DNA of 34,099 bases from Myxococcota bacterium (GTDB lineage Bacteria > Myxococcota_A > UBA9160 > DASRUS01): the NCBI GenBank assembly GCA_039714895.1, contig JBDLIK010000001.1, forward strand, positions 1 to 34,099, in the 5' to 3' direction. Under the pieces are notes generated by a model that saw only the letters and a program-made list of their open reading frames with translations, ran no database searches and was not told the DNA's origin. This document shows, one piece after another, positions 20,008 to 29,360 of the stretch; position 1 is the stretch's first letter; every line of letters begins with the position of its first letter. Made by a program: the position numbers and the translations under genes.

Positions 20008-22599
20008 ATGGTGGGGCGGGTATCCTGCGCGGACTTGGCGAAGGCTCCGGTCCATTTCGAACGGCTTGCAAACGGGCTCGAGCTGCTCGTGCAGGAGTCC
20101 CATGCCTCGCCGGTGGCCGAGGTGGAGGTCTGGGCGCGGGTCGGCTCTGCCGACGAGCGCGCCGAGGAGGCGGGCCTCGCCCACTTCCACGAGCACATGC
20201 TCTTCAAGGGCACCTCCCGGCGAGGGGTGGGCGAGGTGGCCGGAGAGGTGGAAGGGGTGGGCGGTCACATCAACGCCTACACCTCCTTCGATACCACCGT
20301 CTATCACGCCACCGTGCCGAGCGAGAGCACCGGCGTCGCCCTCGACGTGCTCGCCGATGCCGTGCGCGACCCCCTCTTCGACCCGGAGGAGATCGAGCGC
20401 GAGGTGGAGGTGGTGCTCGAGGAGATCCGCCGCTCCGAGGACAGTCCCCACAGCGTCCTCGGCAACGCGGTCTTCGCCGAGGTCTACCGACGCCATCCCT
20501 ACCGGGCACCCATTCTCGGAACCATGGAGAGCGTCGCGGGCTTCGATCGGGACCGCGTGCGCGCCTTCTTCGAGCGCTGGTATCAGCCCGGCCAGCTCTT
20601 CGTGGTCATCGCCGGGGACGTAGAAACTGCGGAAGTCGTGGAGGCGGTGCGCGCCGCCTTCCCCGACGCCCCCGGCCGGGGCCCCGAACGCAGTCGTCCC
20701 GCGGAGCCCGAATCCCGGGACTTCCGTCCCCTGGTCCTCTCCCGCCCCTTCGAGCGCGCCAGCCTCGACCTCTGCCTGCGCAGCGTCCCCCTCTCCCATG
20801 CCGACGCTCCGGCGCTCGATCTGCTGGGCTTCATCCTGGGCGAGGGCGATAGCAGCCGCCTGGTGCGTCGGGTGAAGGAGCAGGAAGAACGGGTCGATCG
20901 CATCGACGCCTACTCGTACACCCCGCTCGACCCGGGCCTGTTCGGGATCACCGCCGACCTCGACCCGGAGCGTACGGCGGAGGCCGTGGAGAGCTGCGTG
21001 CGTGAGCTCGAGCGCCTGCGCGAGGAGCGCGTCTCCGAGCAGGAGCTCGAGAAGGCACGCGCCAACTTCCTGGCCAGCGAGTACTTCGAGCGAGAGAGCG
21101 TGACCGGTCTCGCGCGCAAGATCGGCTGCTTCCACGCGCTGTCCCGGGACCACGCCGACGAGGCCCGCTACCTGGAGGCGATCCGCACGGCGAGCGCCGA
21201 CGATCTGCTGCGCGTCGCGCGCGCCCACCTCGACACCGCGGGGCTCACCGTGGGCGTGCTGCTTCCCGAGGGCACCCCCGCCGTGAACGCCGAGGATCTG
21301 GAGCGCGCCGCCGCCCGCGGCTGCGAAAGCATCCGGCGCGCCTTCGCGCCCCCGGAGCGGACCGGCGGCGTTGCAGCGATCCACAGCTACGAGCTGCGCG
21401 GCGGCGCCCGGCTGGTGGTGCAGCCCCGGGAAGAGACCCCGGTGGTGGCAGTGCGCGCTGTCTTCCTGGGCGGACTCCTCGCCGAAGACGAGCGCAGCGC
21501 GGGGCTCACCAGCTTCCTGACCTCCATGTGGCTGCGCGGAACGTCGGCCCATTCCAGTGCCGGCTTCGCGCGCAGCGTGGAGTCGCTGGCCTCCGAGATC
21601 GAGGGATTCTCGGGACGCAACAGCCTGGGGCTCGCCCTCGACTGCCTCGCCGACCGTCTCGACCCCGCCCTCGACCTCTTTGCCGAGGTCCTGCTCGAGC
21701 CCACGCTGGCCCCCGAGGAGGTGGAGAAGGAGCGGCGCGACACGCTGGCGGCGCTCGAGCGGCGAGAGGACCGGCTGGGGGCGCGCACCTTCGACCTCTT
21801 TCAGGAGGAGCTCTACGGCGCCCATCCCTACCGCTTCCCGGTCATCGGCACCGAGGAATCCGTGGAACGCTTCAGCGCCGAGAGCGTCGCCGCGCACCAC
21901 AAGCGCCTGGTGCACGCCCCGAACCTGGTGCTCTCGGTGGTGGGCGACGTCGACCCGGACCGGGTCGCCGCGTCCCTCAGCGTGCGCCTCGCCGACCTCT
22001 CGAGCGGCCCCTTCTCTCCTCCGGCGGCGGGCCGGTTCCGCCGGCCCGACGGGCGCCGGGAACGGGAGCTCCGCAAGGAACGAGCCCAGGCCCACCTGGT
22101 CATCGGCTTCGCCGGGCTCACGGTGGACGACCCGGATCGCGAAGCCCTGGAGGTGATCGCCCAGATCCTCGCGGGCCAGAGCGGGCGCCTCTTCCTGGAG
22201 CTTCGCGACCGCCAGGGTCTCGCCTACGCGGTCTCCGCCAGCAACGTCGAGGGGGTAGCCCCCGGCTTCTTCGCCACCTACATCGGAACCGCACCGGAAA
22301 AGCTCGACGCGGCGCGCGCAGGCATGGAGAGCGAGCTCGCGCGCCTGCTGGAGTCCCCGCCCGCCGAGCCCGAGCTCGAAGCGGCCCGCCGCCACCTGGC
22401 GGGAAGCTTCGCCATCGAGCAGCAGCGCTGCTCCGGGCGAGCCACCCACCTGGCCCTCGACGTTCTCTATGGGCTCGGCGTCGACGCCCACCGGCACTAC
22501 CCGGACCGGGTCCTCGCGGTCTCGAAGGAGGACGTGTTGCGCGTGGCCCGCCGGGTGATCGACCTCGACGCCTGCGTGATCGCCGCCATCCGGCCTTGA
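20008..22599 (+). CDS. Fused two-unit M16 (pitrilysin-family) zinc peptidase
   Basis: ORF 19729..22599 trimmed to the ATG at 20008. The first unit has HFHEH (HxxEH) and the downstream EVEVVLEEI Glu. The second M16 unit (from about aa 440) lacks HxxEH. A TTG at 20035 is an alternative start. Confidence 0.85.
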   Translation: MVGRVSCADLAKAPVHFERLANGLELLVQESHASPVAEVEVWARVGSADERAEEAGLAHFHEHMLFKGTSRRGVGEVAGEVEGVGGHINAYTSFDTTVYHATVPSESTGVALDVLADAVRDPLFDPEEIEREVEVVLEEIRRSEDSPHSVLGNAVFAEVYRRHPYRAPILGTMESVAGFDRDRVRAFFERWYQPGQLFVVIAGDVETAEVVEAVRAAFPDAPGRGPERSRPAEPESRDFRPLVLSRPFERASLDLCLRSVPLSHADAPALDLLGFILGEGDSSRLVRRVKEQEERVDRIDAYSYTPLDPGLFGITADLDPERTAEAVESCVRELERLREERVSEQELEKARANFLASEYFERESVTGLARKIGCFHALSRDHADEARYLEAIRTASADDLLRVARAHLDTAGLTVGVLLPEGTPAVNAEDLERAAARGCESIRRAFAPPERTGGVAAIHSYELRGGARLVVQPREETPVVAVRAVFLGGLLAEDERSAGLTSFLTSMWLRGTSAHSSAGFARSVESLASEIEGFSGRNSLGLALDCLADRLDPALDLFAEVLLEPTLAPEEVEKERRDTLAALERREDRLGARTFDLFQEELYGAHPYRFPVIGTEESVERFSAESVAAHHKRLVHAPNLVLSVVGDVDPDRVAASLSVRLADLSSGPFSPPAAGRFRRPDGRRERELRKERAQAHLVIGFAGLTVDDPDREALEVIAQILAGQSGRLFLELRDRQGLAYAVSASNVEGVAPGFFATYIGTAPEKLDAARAGMESELARLLESPPAEPELEAARRHLAGSFAIEQQRCSGRATHLALDVLYGLGVDAHRHYPDRVLAVSKEDVLRVARRVIDLDACVIAAIRP

Positions 22600-22614
22600 G
22601 ACCGGGAGAGCGCG

Positions 22615-23382
22615 TCAGCCGGTGAGCCGCCGTCGTGTGACGCGCGCCGCCACGAAGAGCAGCAGCGCCGAGATCACCAGCACGTAGGCGACGTCGAACA
22701 GCAGCACCACCGAGGCTTCTCCCCGAAACGCCGCGCGCACCAGCCGCACCGGGTGCAGCAGCGGCAGCACCTCGGCCACCTGCAGCCACACCCCCGAGAG
22801 CCGTTCCTGCAAGGGAAAGAAGATGTCGGAGAACAGGAAGAGCGGAGTGAGGAAGAGCGTGAAGTAGAAGCTGAACAGATCGATGCTCGGAATGCGCAGG
22901 CTGAAGGCGATGCCGATGGCGGCGAAGAGCAGTCCCGTGAGGGGGATGAGCGGGATCGCCAGCAGCGCGTGGGGCATCGGGGCGAGCCCGGCCAGGGCGA
23001 TCACCACGAAGAAGCAGCCGCCGTAGATGGTGGCGCGAGTCATGGCCCAGAGGATCTCGCCGGCCAGCACGTCCTCGGGCTGGATGGGCGTGGTGAGCAT
23101 GGCCTCGTAGGTCTTCTCGAAGTTCAGGCGGACGTAGGCGTTGTAGGTGACCTCGAAGCTCGCCCCGTTCATCGCCGCCACGGCCACCAGGCCGGGGGCC
23201 AGGAAGGCCACGTAGGAGGTGCCGCCCATCTCCTGGATGTAGGCCCCCACCCCGACCCCGATGGAGACGAGGTAGAGGATGGGCTCGAAGAAATTCGGCA
23301 GCAGATTGAGACGCCAGGTGCGACGGTAGAGGGCGAAGTTGCGCTGCCAGACGGCCCACGCGTAGCCCGGCGAGACCCTCAC
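22615..23382 (-). CDS. ABC-2 type exporter permease (NodJ/DrrB-like)
   Basis: This is the C-terminal 255 codons of ORF 22615..24318. It has six hydrophobic segments. The GTG at 23382 overlaps the ATPase stop (GTGA). Confidence 0.85.
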   Translation of the reverse strand: MRVSPGYAWAVWQRNFALYRRTWRLNLLPNFFEPILYLVSIGVGVGAYIQEMGGTSYVAFLAPGLVAVAAMNGASFEVTYNAYVRLNFEKTYEAMLTTPIQPEDVLAGEILWAMTRATIYGGCFFVVIALAGLAPMPHALLAIPLIPLTGLLFAAIGIAFSLRIPSIDLFSFYFTLFLTPLFLFSDIFFPLQERLSGVWLQVAEVLPLLHPVRLVRAAFRGEASVVLLFDVAYVLVISALLLFVAARVTRRRLTG

Positions 23383-24308
23383 GCCTCGTGCTCCAGCCGC
23401 GTGCCGGTCTGGGCCAGGAAGACGTCCTCGAGGTTGGTGGGTCGCACCACCACCTTCAGGTGCTCGTCCCCGCGCACCGCGGTGCGATGGCGCAGGCGCT
23501 CGAGGAGCCGGCCCGCATCGTCGCAGAAGAGCATGAGGCGCGGCCCGACCCGCAAGCGCGGCAGGCCGTCGAGCTCCCGAGCCAGGCGCGCCTCCTCCAC
23601 CGGGGGCAGCTCGAGCTCCAGGGCCTCGGGGGCCAGCGTCTGCCGGATGAGCTCCGCGGGCGCCCCGTCGGACACCACGCGTCCCTCGGAGAGGATCACC
23701 AGGCGGTCGCACAGACGCTGGGCCTCGTCCATGTAGTGGGTGGTGAGCAGCACCGTGGTGCCCGCCTCGCGCAGCGCCCGCACGCGCTGCCAGAGCGAGA
23801 GGCGCACGGCGGGATCGAGGCCGGTGGTGGGCTCGTCGAGAATCAGCAGCTCCGGACGGTTCATCAGTGAGAGCGCCACCGCGAGACGCCGCTGGAAGCC
23901 CCCCGAGAGGGTGCGCACGGGCGCATCGGCGTGGGAGCGCAGCTCCAGGAAGTCGAGGAGCTCTGCGATGCGCGACTCGATCTCTCCCGGGGGCAGCCGG
24001 TGGTAGCGTCCGAAGACGCGCAGGTTCTCCACCGGGGAGAGCATCTCGATGAGGGAGTTCTCCTGGAGGGTCACACCGAGGCGTGCGCGCACGCGGCGCG
24101 GATCCCGCGCCACGTCCACCCCGAAGACCCGAACGGATCCGGCGCTGGCGCGGCTCACGCCGTAGATCATGCGCAGGGTGGTGGTCTTGCCGGCTCCGTT
24201 CGGGCCCAGCAGCCCGAAGCAGATGCCGGCGGGGACGTCGAGATCGAGGTCCGCGACGGCCACGCGGTCGCCGAAGCGCTTCGATACCCCCCGGCACTCG
24301 ACGACCAT
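23379..24308 (-). CDS. ABC transporter ATP-binding protein (NodI/DrrA-like)
   Basis: Walker A GPNGAGKTT, signature LSGGFQRR, Walker B LLILDEPTTGLD, H-loop TTHYM. Confidence 0.92.
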   Translation of the reverse strand: MVVECRGVSKRFGDRVAVADLDLDVPAGICFGLLGPNGAGKTTTLRMIYGVSRASAGSVRVFGVDVARDPRRVRARLGVTLQENSLIEMLSPVENLRVFGRYHRLPPGEIESRIAELLDFLELRSHADAPVRTLSGGFQRRLAVALSLMNRPELLILDEPTTGLDPAVRLSLWQRVRALREAGTTVLLTTHYMDEAQRLCDRLVILSEGRVVSDGAPAELIRQTLAPEALELELPPVEEARLARELDGLPRLRVGPRLMLFCDDAGRLLERLRHRTAVRGDEHLKVVVRPTNLEDVFLAQTGTRLEHEA

Positions 24309-24422
24309 GAAGGGACACTAGCAGCAGGCGCCGGTCGTGATTCCAGACCCTGCGGGGGACGTTTTTGGGACCCCGAACGCGATCGAGCGTACACTGGTGG
24401 AGCGCCCAGAAGCGGTCTTCGA

Positions 24423-25616
24423 GTGAGGTTCGGTTTGCGTTCCCGGGTCCCCCTGGTGGTGCTCACCCTCTCGGGTGTGCTCCTCCTCATCGGCTTCCGG
24501 CTGCTGCAGACGTCGCCCAGCGCCCGCGCCGAACGCGAGCGGGCGGCGGTGGCCGCAGAGGGCGCGACCCACCCCGGCGCGGAGCCCCCGGCGGCCGTCC
24601 AGAGCGTCGATGCGATCGTCGCCCGCGCCGACCCCGGGCCCGGCCGGGTCGAGCTGGCGGCGGTGCTCGAGGCCGTGCGCAGGGTGGTGGTGGGCGCGGA
24701 GATCGCCGGCAAGGTGGTGGAGATCGTCGCCTCCGAGCACGATCACGTGGCGGCCGACGAGCTGCTGGTGCGCCTCGACCCCGAGCTTCCCCAGGCGGCG
24801 TTGGATCGCGCCCGGGCCAGCCTGGTCCGCAGCGAAGCCTCCGCGCGCCTGGCGCGGGCCGAGCTGCGCCGTCAGCGCGACCTCTCCGATCGCGGCGTCG
24901 CTTCGGCGGCGGAGCTCGACCGCGCGCAGAGCGAGGCCGCCACCCACGCCGCACAGGTCGCCGAGGCCCAGGCGGCGCGGGTCGAGGCCGAGACGCTGCT
25001 GGCCAAGACCCGCATTCTGGCCCCCTTCGCGGGGGTGGTCACGAAGCTCGACCTCGAGCCGGGCGCCTACCTGCAGCCGGGCAGCCCGGTGGCAGAGCTC
25101 GTGGACCTGTCGGAGATCGAGATCGAGGTGCAGGTGGGCGACCGACAGCTGGTGGCCCTGCACGCCGACGACCCGGTGGACGTCTCGGTGGACGTCTTCC
25201 CGGGCGAGCGCTTCCCGGGCCGCATCCATCGTCTGGGCCGTGCCCCGGATGCGCGCACTCGCAAGTATCCCGTCCCCGTGCGCGTGGCCAATCCCGAGGA
25301 ACGCCTGCTGCCGGGCATGCTCGGCACGGTGCGCTTCGAGGTCGGGGGCGACGCGCCCACGCTGGCCGTGCCCCGGAGCGCCCTGCGCCGGGAGTTCGAG
25401 CTCGACTACCTCTTCGTGCTCGAAGGCAGCGAGGGCGACGGATCCCCGTCGCGCGCCCGGCGCCGCCGGGTGACGGTGAAGCCCGTCCCCTTCCGGCCCG
25501 ACCTCGTCGAGGTGGTGGACGGTCTCGCCAGCGGGGAGCTCGTCGCCATCTCCGGGGTTCGCGAGCTGCGCGACGGCCTGCTGGTGCAGCCCCTGCTGCG
25601 GGGCGAGGGCTCGTGA
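24423..25616 (+). CDS. Efflux RND transporter periplasmic adaptor subunit (MFP/HlyD family)
   Basis: ORF 23931..25616 trimmed to the GTG at 24423. It has an N-terminal TM anchor (VPLVVLTLSGVLLLIGF), a coiled-coil hairpin and barrel-sandwich motifs (ILAPFAGVVTKLD). Confidence 0.85.
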   Translation: MRFGLRSRVPLVVLTLSGVLLLIGFRLLQTSPSARAERERAAVAAEGATHPGAEPPAAVQSVDAIVARADPGPGRVELAAVLEAVRRVVVGAEIAGKVVEIVASEHDHVAADELLVRLDPELPQAALDRARASLVRSEASARLARAELRRQRDLSDRGVASAAELDRAQSEAATHAAQVAEAQAARVEAETLLAKTRILAPFAGVVTKLDLEPGAYLQPGSPVAELVDLSEIEIEVQVGDRQLVALHADDPVDVSVDVFPGERFPGRIHRLGRAPDARTRKYPVPVRVANPEERLLPGMLGTVRFEVGGDAPTLAVPRSALRREFELDYLFVLEGSEGDGSPSRARRRRVTVKPVPFRPDLVEVVDGLASGELVAISGVRELRDGLLVQPLLRGEGS

Positions 25617-28600
25617 GCGTCCCGGGCTTCAGCATCCGCCAGACCGTGCTGGTGAACGTGCTCTTCTTCGTGTGCCTGCTGGGGGGATGGGCGGCCCTGG
25701 CGCGCATCCCCGTCGAGTACTTCCCGAACATCAACCTGAACGAGGTGGTGATCGACACGGTCTGGAGCGGCGCTTCGGCGGAGGAGGTGGAGCGCCTCGT
25801 CACCCAGAAGCTCGAGGACGAGCTGCGGGGCCTCACCGACATCGACGAGATGCGTTCGACCTCCCAGGCGAACCTCTCCGAGATCGTCATCGAGTTCGAC
25901 GAGACCCTCGACGACGTCGGCTACCAGGGCGCGGTCAACGACGTGCGCGCGGCCCTGGACCGGGTGAACGACCTCCCCCCAGACGCCGAAGAGCCCGTGC
26001 TCACGGAGATCATCATCGGGGAGGTGTCTCCGGCGGTGATGCTCGCCGTGCTGGACGTAGGAGGCGTCGGCCCGACGGCGCTGCGGGAGGTCGCACGCGA
26101 CGTCAAGACGCGGGTCGGCGACCTGAAGGGCGCCAACCAGATCCGCATCCGCGGCGCCCAGGAGCGGGAGATCCGCGTGCTGGTGGACCGGGACCAGGCC
26201 GCCCGCTACGGCCTCACCGTCCCCCAGCTGGCGGAGCGCATCCGCGCCCAGAACCTGAACCTGCCGGCGGGCACCTTCTCGAGCGGGTCCGGCGAGTCGA
26301 CCCTGCGGGCCCAGGGGGACTTCCAGAGTCTGGAGGGCCTGCTCGCCACGGTGGTGCGCGAGAACCCCGGGGGCAGCGACGTGCGCCTGCGGGACGTGGC
26401 GCGCGTCGAGACCGGCCTCGAGAAGCCGCGGTTCATCTCCCGCTACAACGGCCAGCCCTCCCTCGTCGTGAGCCTCAGCAAGAAGGACGAGATGGACGTC
26501 CTCGACTTCGTGGCGGGGGTGGACGCCTGGACCGAGTCCTACCGCCCGCTGCTCCCCGAGGGTGTGGAGCTGCACAAGACCCTGGACACCGCCGCCTTCG
26601 TGGCGCCGCGCATGCAGGCCCTCCTCGACAACCTGTTCTGGGGGGTGCTCTTCGTGCTGGTGATCCTGTGGTTCACCATCGGCTTCCGCAACTCGGCGCT
26701 CACCATCATCGCCATCCCCTTCAGCTTCCTCACCGCGATGATCTTCTTCCCGCTGCTCGACATCAGCATCAACGCCACCACGCTGGTGGCCATGCTGCTG
26801 GTCTCGGGGATGCTGGTGGACGACGCCATCATCGTGCTCGAGAACATCTACCGGCGCGTGGAGGGCGGAGAGCCCCTGCGCGAAGCCGTGGTGAACGGGG
26901 CCGAGGAGGTGCTCTGGCCGGTGGTGTGCGCGGTGGCCACCACCTGCGCGGCCTTCGCACCGCTGCTGCTCGTCTCTGGGACTGCCGGGAAGTTCGTGTC
27001 GATCCTGCCCAAGGCCGTCATCGTCTGCCTGCTCGCCTCGCTCTTCGAGTGCCTGCTCATCCTGCCCGCCCACTATCTGCACTTCGGAAGCCGGCAGGGG
27101 GCGGGGGGCGATCCGACCCCTCCGCGCGGAGCCCTCGGTCGCTTCTTCGGAGCCCTCGCGGGCTCGCGTCGCGCCGTCGACGCCGGGCTCGCAAGCGTGC
27201 GCGACGGCTACTCCCGTGCGCTCGATACCGTGCTCTCGCACCGCTTCTCCTTCGGCGCACTCACCGCGGCGGTGCTCTTCGTCGCCTACGCGGGAGCCCA
27301 GCACCTGCCGGTGCAGCTCTTCCCGGGCGAGTTCGACACCTTCAACGTCCTGCTGGAGACCCCGGCGGACTCGAGCCTCGAGCGCACGGATGCCGTCGCG
27401 GCGGGCATCGAACGGGAGATCGCGCCCTACGTGGGCACGGATCTCGTCGACTTCTCCACCACCGTGGGCTCGAGCGTGGATGCCAACTACGACCAGCTCA
27501 CCGGCGCGAACCTCTCGATCTCCTGGGCGGTGGTGAAGCCCAGCGACGAGAACCGCCGGGCCCCGGAGCGGGTGCTCTTCAGCGTGAGGGATCGCCTGGA
27601 GGGCTATCGCCGGGACCATCCCGAGGGAATCGTGGACCTGCGCGTGCAGGCCCGGCAGGATGGCCCCCCGGTGGGCCCGCCGGTGGAGGTGCGCATCCAC
27701 GGCGAGGACTGGGCGCTCGGCGAGTCCATCGCGGCCGAGATGCTCGCCTACCTCGGGAGCCTGCCCGGGGTCTACAACGCCGAGGACGACCTCAAGCTCG
27801 GGCCGCCCGAGGTGCGGCTGGTGGTGGACGAAGAACGCGCTGCGCGCCACGGTCTGCGCTTCGAAGACCTGGCCCGGGCGCTGCGCGCCGCCAACGACGG
27901 CGTGGTGGCCTCGAGCTTCCGGGACCCCTCCGCGGACGAGGACGTGGACATCCGCGTGCTGCTCGAGGCCGGCTACCGGCGGGGCCTGCAGGACCTGCTG
28001 GAGGTCGAGCTGCGCGCGCCCGAGGGCTACCTCCTCAAGCTGCGGGACGTGGCAGACGTGGAGCAGAGCCGCGGCTACCGCTCCTACCGTCGCTACGACG
28101 GGCGCCGCACGGTGCGCGTCACGGCCAACGTCGACGAAGAGCTGGCGACCTCGGTGGGCGTCAACCAGCGTCTGCAGGCTGCGTTCGCGGACGTGGAGAC
28201 CCGCTACCCCCAGGTGGAGGTGCGCTACGGGGGAGAGTTCGCCGAGACCAACGAATCCTTCGCGAAGCTCGGTCGCGTCTTCCCCATCGCGCTGCTGGCC
28301 ATCTACATGATCCTGGCCGCCCTGTTCCGCAGCTACCTGCAGCCGCTGGTGGTGACCGCCGCCATCCCCTTCGGGCTCGCGGGGATCGTGATCGGCGTGG
28401 GGCTTCTCGACTACCGGGTCAGCTTCGTGCTCATGTACGCGACCATCGGCCTCACCGGCGTGGTGGTGAACGACTCGCTGGTGATGGTCGACTTCATCAA
28501 CCGCGCCCGCCGCGCCGGCATGCCGCTGCTCGAAGCCGTGCGCCAATCGGGCGCGCGACGCTTCCGGCCGATCCTGCTCACCACCCTCACCACCGTGGTG

Positions 28601-28873
28601 GCGCTGCTACCGATGGCGCTCGGGCTCCAGGGATCGTCGAAGACCTACGGACCCTTCGCGGCTTCCATCGCCTTCGGACTCATCGTCGCGATGGTCGGGA
28701 CGCTGTTCGCCGTCCCGCTGGTCTACACCAGCCTCATCGTCGCCCAGGACCGCGTCGCCCGACGCTGGGCCCACTTCCGCGGCCACGAGCTCCCGCCCTC
28801 CCCCCTCGAAGGCCTCGAGCCTCCGCGGCCCCCTGCCCCTCTCGCAGTCCGCCCGCGCTCCCGCGCGAGTTGA
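25613..28873 (+). CDS. Efflux RND transporter permease (AcrB/AcrD/AcrF family)
   Basis: ORF 24365..28873 trimmed to the GTG at 25613 (GTGA overlap with the MFP stop). It starts (M)SVPGFSIRQTVLVNVLFF and is 1086 aa, with the usual 12-TM / two large-loop layout. No outer-membrane factor gene is adjacent. Confidence 0.92.
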   Translation: MSVPGFSIRQTVLVNVLFFVCLLGGWAALARIPVEYFPNINLNEVVIDTVWSGASAEEVERLVTQKLEDELRGLTDIDEMRSTSQANLSEIVIEFDETLDDVGYQGAVNDVRAALDRVNDLPPDAEEPVLTEIIIGEVSPAVMLAVLDVGGVGPTALREVARDVKTRVGDLKGANQIRIRGAQEREIRVLVDRDQAARYGLTVPQLAERIRAQNLNLPAGTFSSGSGESTLRAQGDFQSLEGLLATVVRENPGGSDVRLRDVARVETGLEKPRFISRYNGQPSLVVSLSKKDEMDVLDFVAGVDAWTESYRPLLPEGVELHKTLDTAAFVAPRMQALLDNLFWGVLFVLVILWFTIGFRNSALTIIAIPFSFLTAMIFFPLLDISINATTLVAMLLVSGMLVDDAIIVLENIYRRVEGGEPLREAVVNGAEEVLWPVVCAVATTCAAFAPLLLVSGTAGKFVSILPKAVIVCLLASLFECLLILPAHYLHFGSRQGAGGDPTPPRGALGRFFGALAGSRRAVDAGLASVRDGYSRALDTVLSHRFSFGALTAAVLFVAYAGAQHLPVQLFPGEFDTFNVLLETPADSSLERTDAVAAGIEREIAPYVGTDLVDFSTTVGSSVDANYDQLTGANLSISWAVVKPSDENRRAPERVLFSVRDRLEGYRRDHPEGIVDLRVQARQDGPPVGPPVEVRIHGEDWALGESIAAEMLAYLGSLPGVYNAEDDLKLGPPEVRLVVDEERAARHGLRFEDLARALRAANDGVVASSFRDPSADEDVDIRVLLEAGYRRGLQDLLEVELRAPEGYLLKLRDVADVEQSRGYRSYRRYDGRRTVRVTANVDEELATSVGVNQRLQAAFADVETRYPQVEVRYGGEFAETNESFAKLGRVFPIALLAIYMILAALFRSYLQPLVVTAAIPFGLAGIVIGVGLLDYRVSFVLMYATIGLTGVVVNDSLVMVDFINRARRAGMPLLEAVRQSGARRFRPILLTTLTTVVALLPMALGLQGSSKTYGPFAASIAFGLIVAMVGTLFAVPLVYTSLIVAQDRVARRWAHFRGHELPPSPLEGLEPPRPPAPLAVRPRSRAS

Positions 28874-29360
28874 CTCGGCTCGGCTGAAGCCGGCCGTCGA
28901 GGGCTGGGCTCCACATTGTGGGTCCGCCCCCGGGCGACCGAGGTCCACGGCCTCGCGTCACAGCGTTCTCGTCTCGATGAATCCGTCGGGCCGGGAGGGG
29001 TTCGCGCCCCGACCCCCAGGTTCGAAGCCTGCTGCTGGGTCGGGAGGCGCTCGCATCGGAGCCTCCTTCTTCGAGTAGTCGGGCTGTGAGCTGTCTTCGA
29101 GGCGTAGCCGGTGGATGGTAACTCCCGGGTCCGGGAGGCCGCCCCGGCTGCTTTGTGGTTCATCGGCCAGCCCTCCCGTCGAAGGAACACATGGAGCTGC
29201 CTGTACCCGGCCTTCCAGAGTGCACACAAGGGACAAGAGCATTGGGTAGAAGCGAGGCCGCTGTGGGGCGTTTCGAACTGCCGAGAGCCCGACTTCTAGT
29301 CGATTTCCGGTCGGAGAAGTGGGCGCCGCTCAGTTGAGTGCGACCCGTTCGCGCGAGCCT

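Noticed and set aside
24309-24422. Operator or regulator site in the divergent ABC/RND spacer (contains a T5 run and ctgcggggg).
   Set aside because: I found no clear inverted or direct repeat, and no adjacent regulator gene. The ctgcggg match is not part of a palindrome like those in the hairpin family.
29111-29337. Small ORFs in the gap: 29111..29299 (+), 29155..29337 (+) and 28958..29242 (-).
   Set aside because: They have no RBS, mixed third-position composition and no recognisable family. They also overlap each other in different frames.
28874-29360. tmRNA (ssrA), tRNA, RNase P RNA or SRP RNA in the 487-nt gap.
   Set aside because: - tRNA: the T-loop-like GGTTCGAA motifs have no matching acceptor stems.
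- tmRNA: there is no GGGG...CCA-type end pairing and no tag-like reading frame ending in Ala-Ala-stop on either strand.
- RNase P RNA: the universal GGAAAGUCC box is absent. The nearest match is GAGTAGTCGGGCT.
- SRP RNA: there is no domain IV motif.

The region is kept only as an unassigned finding.
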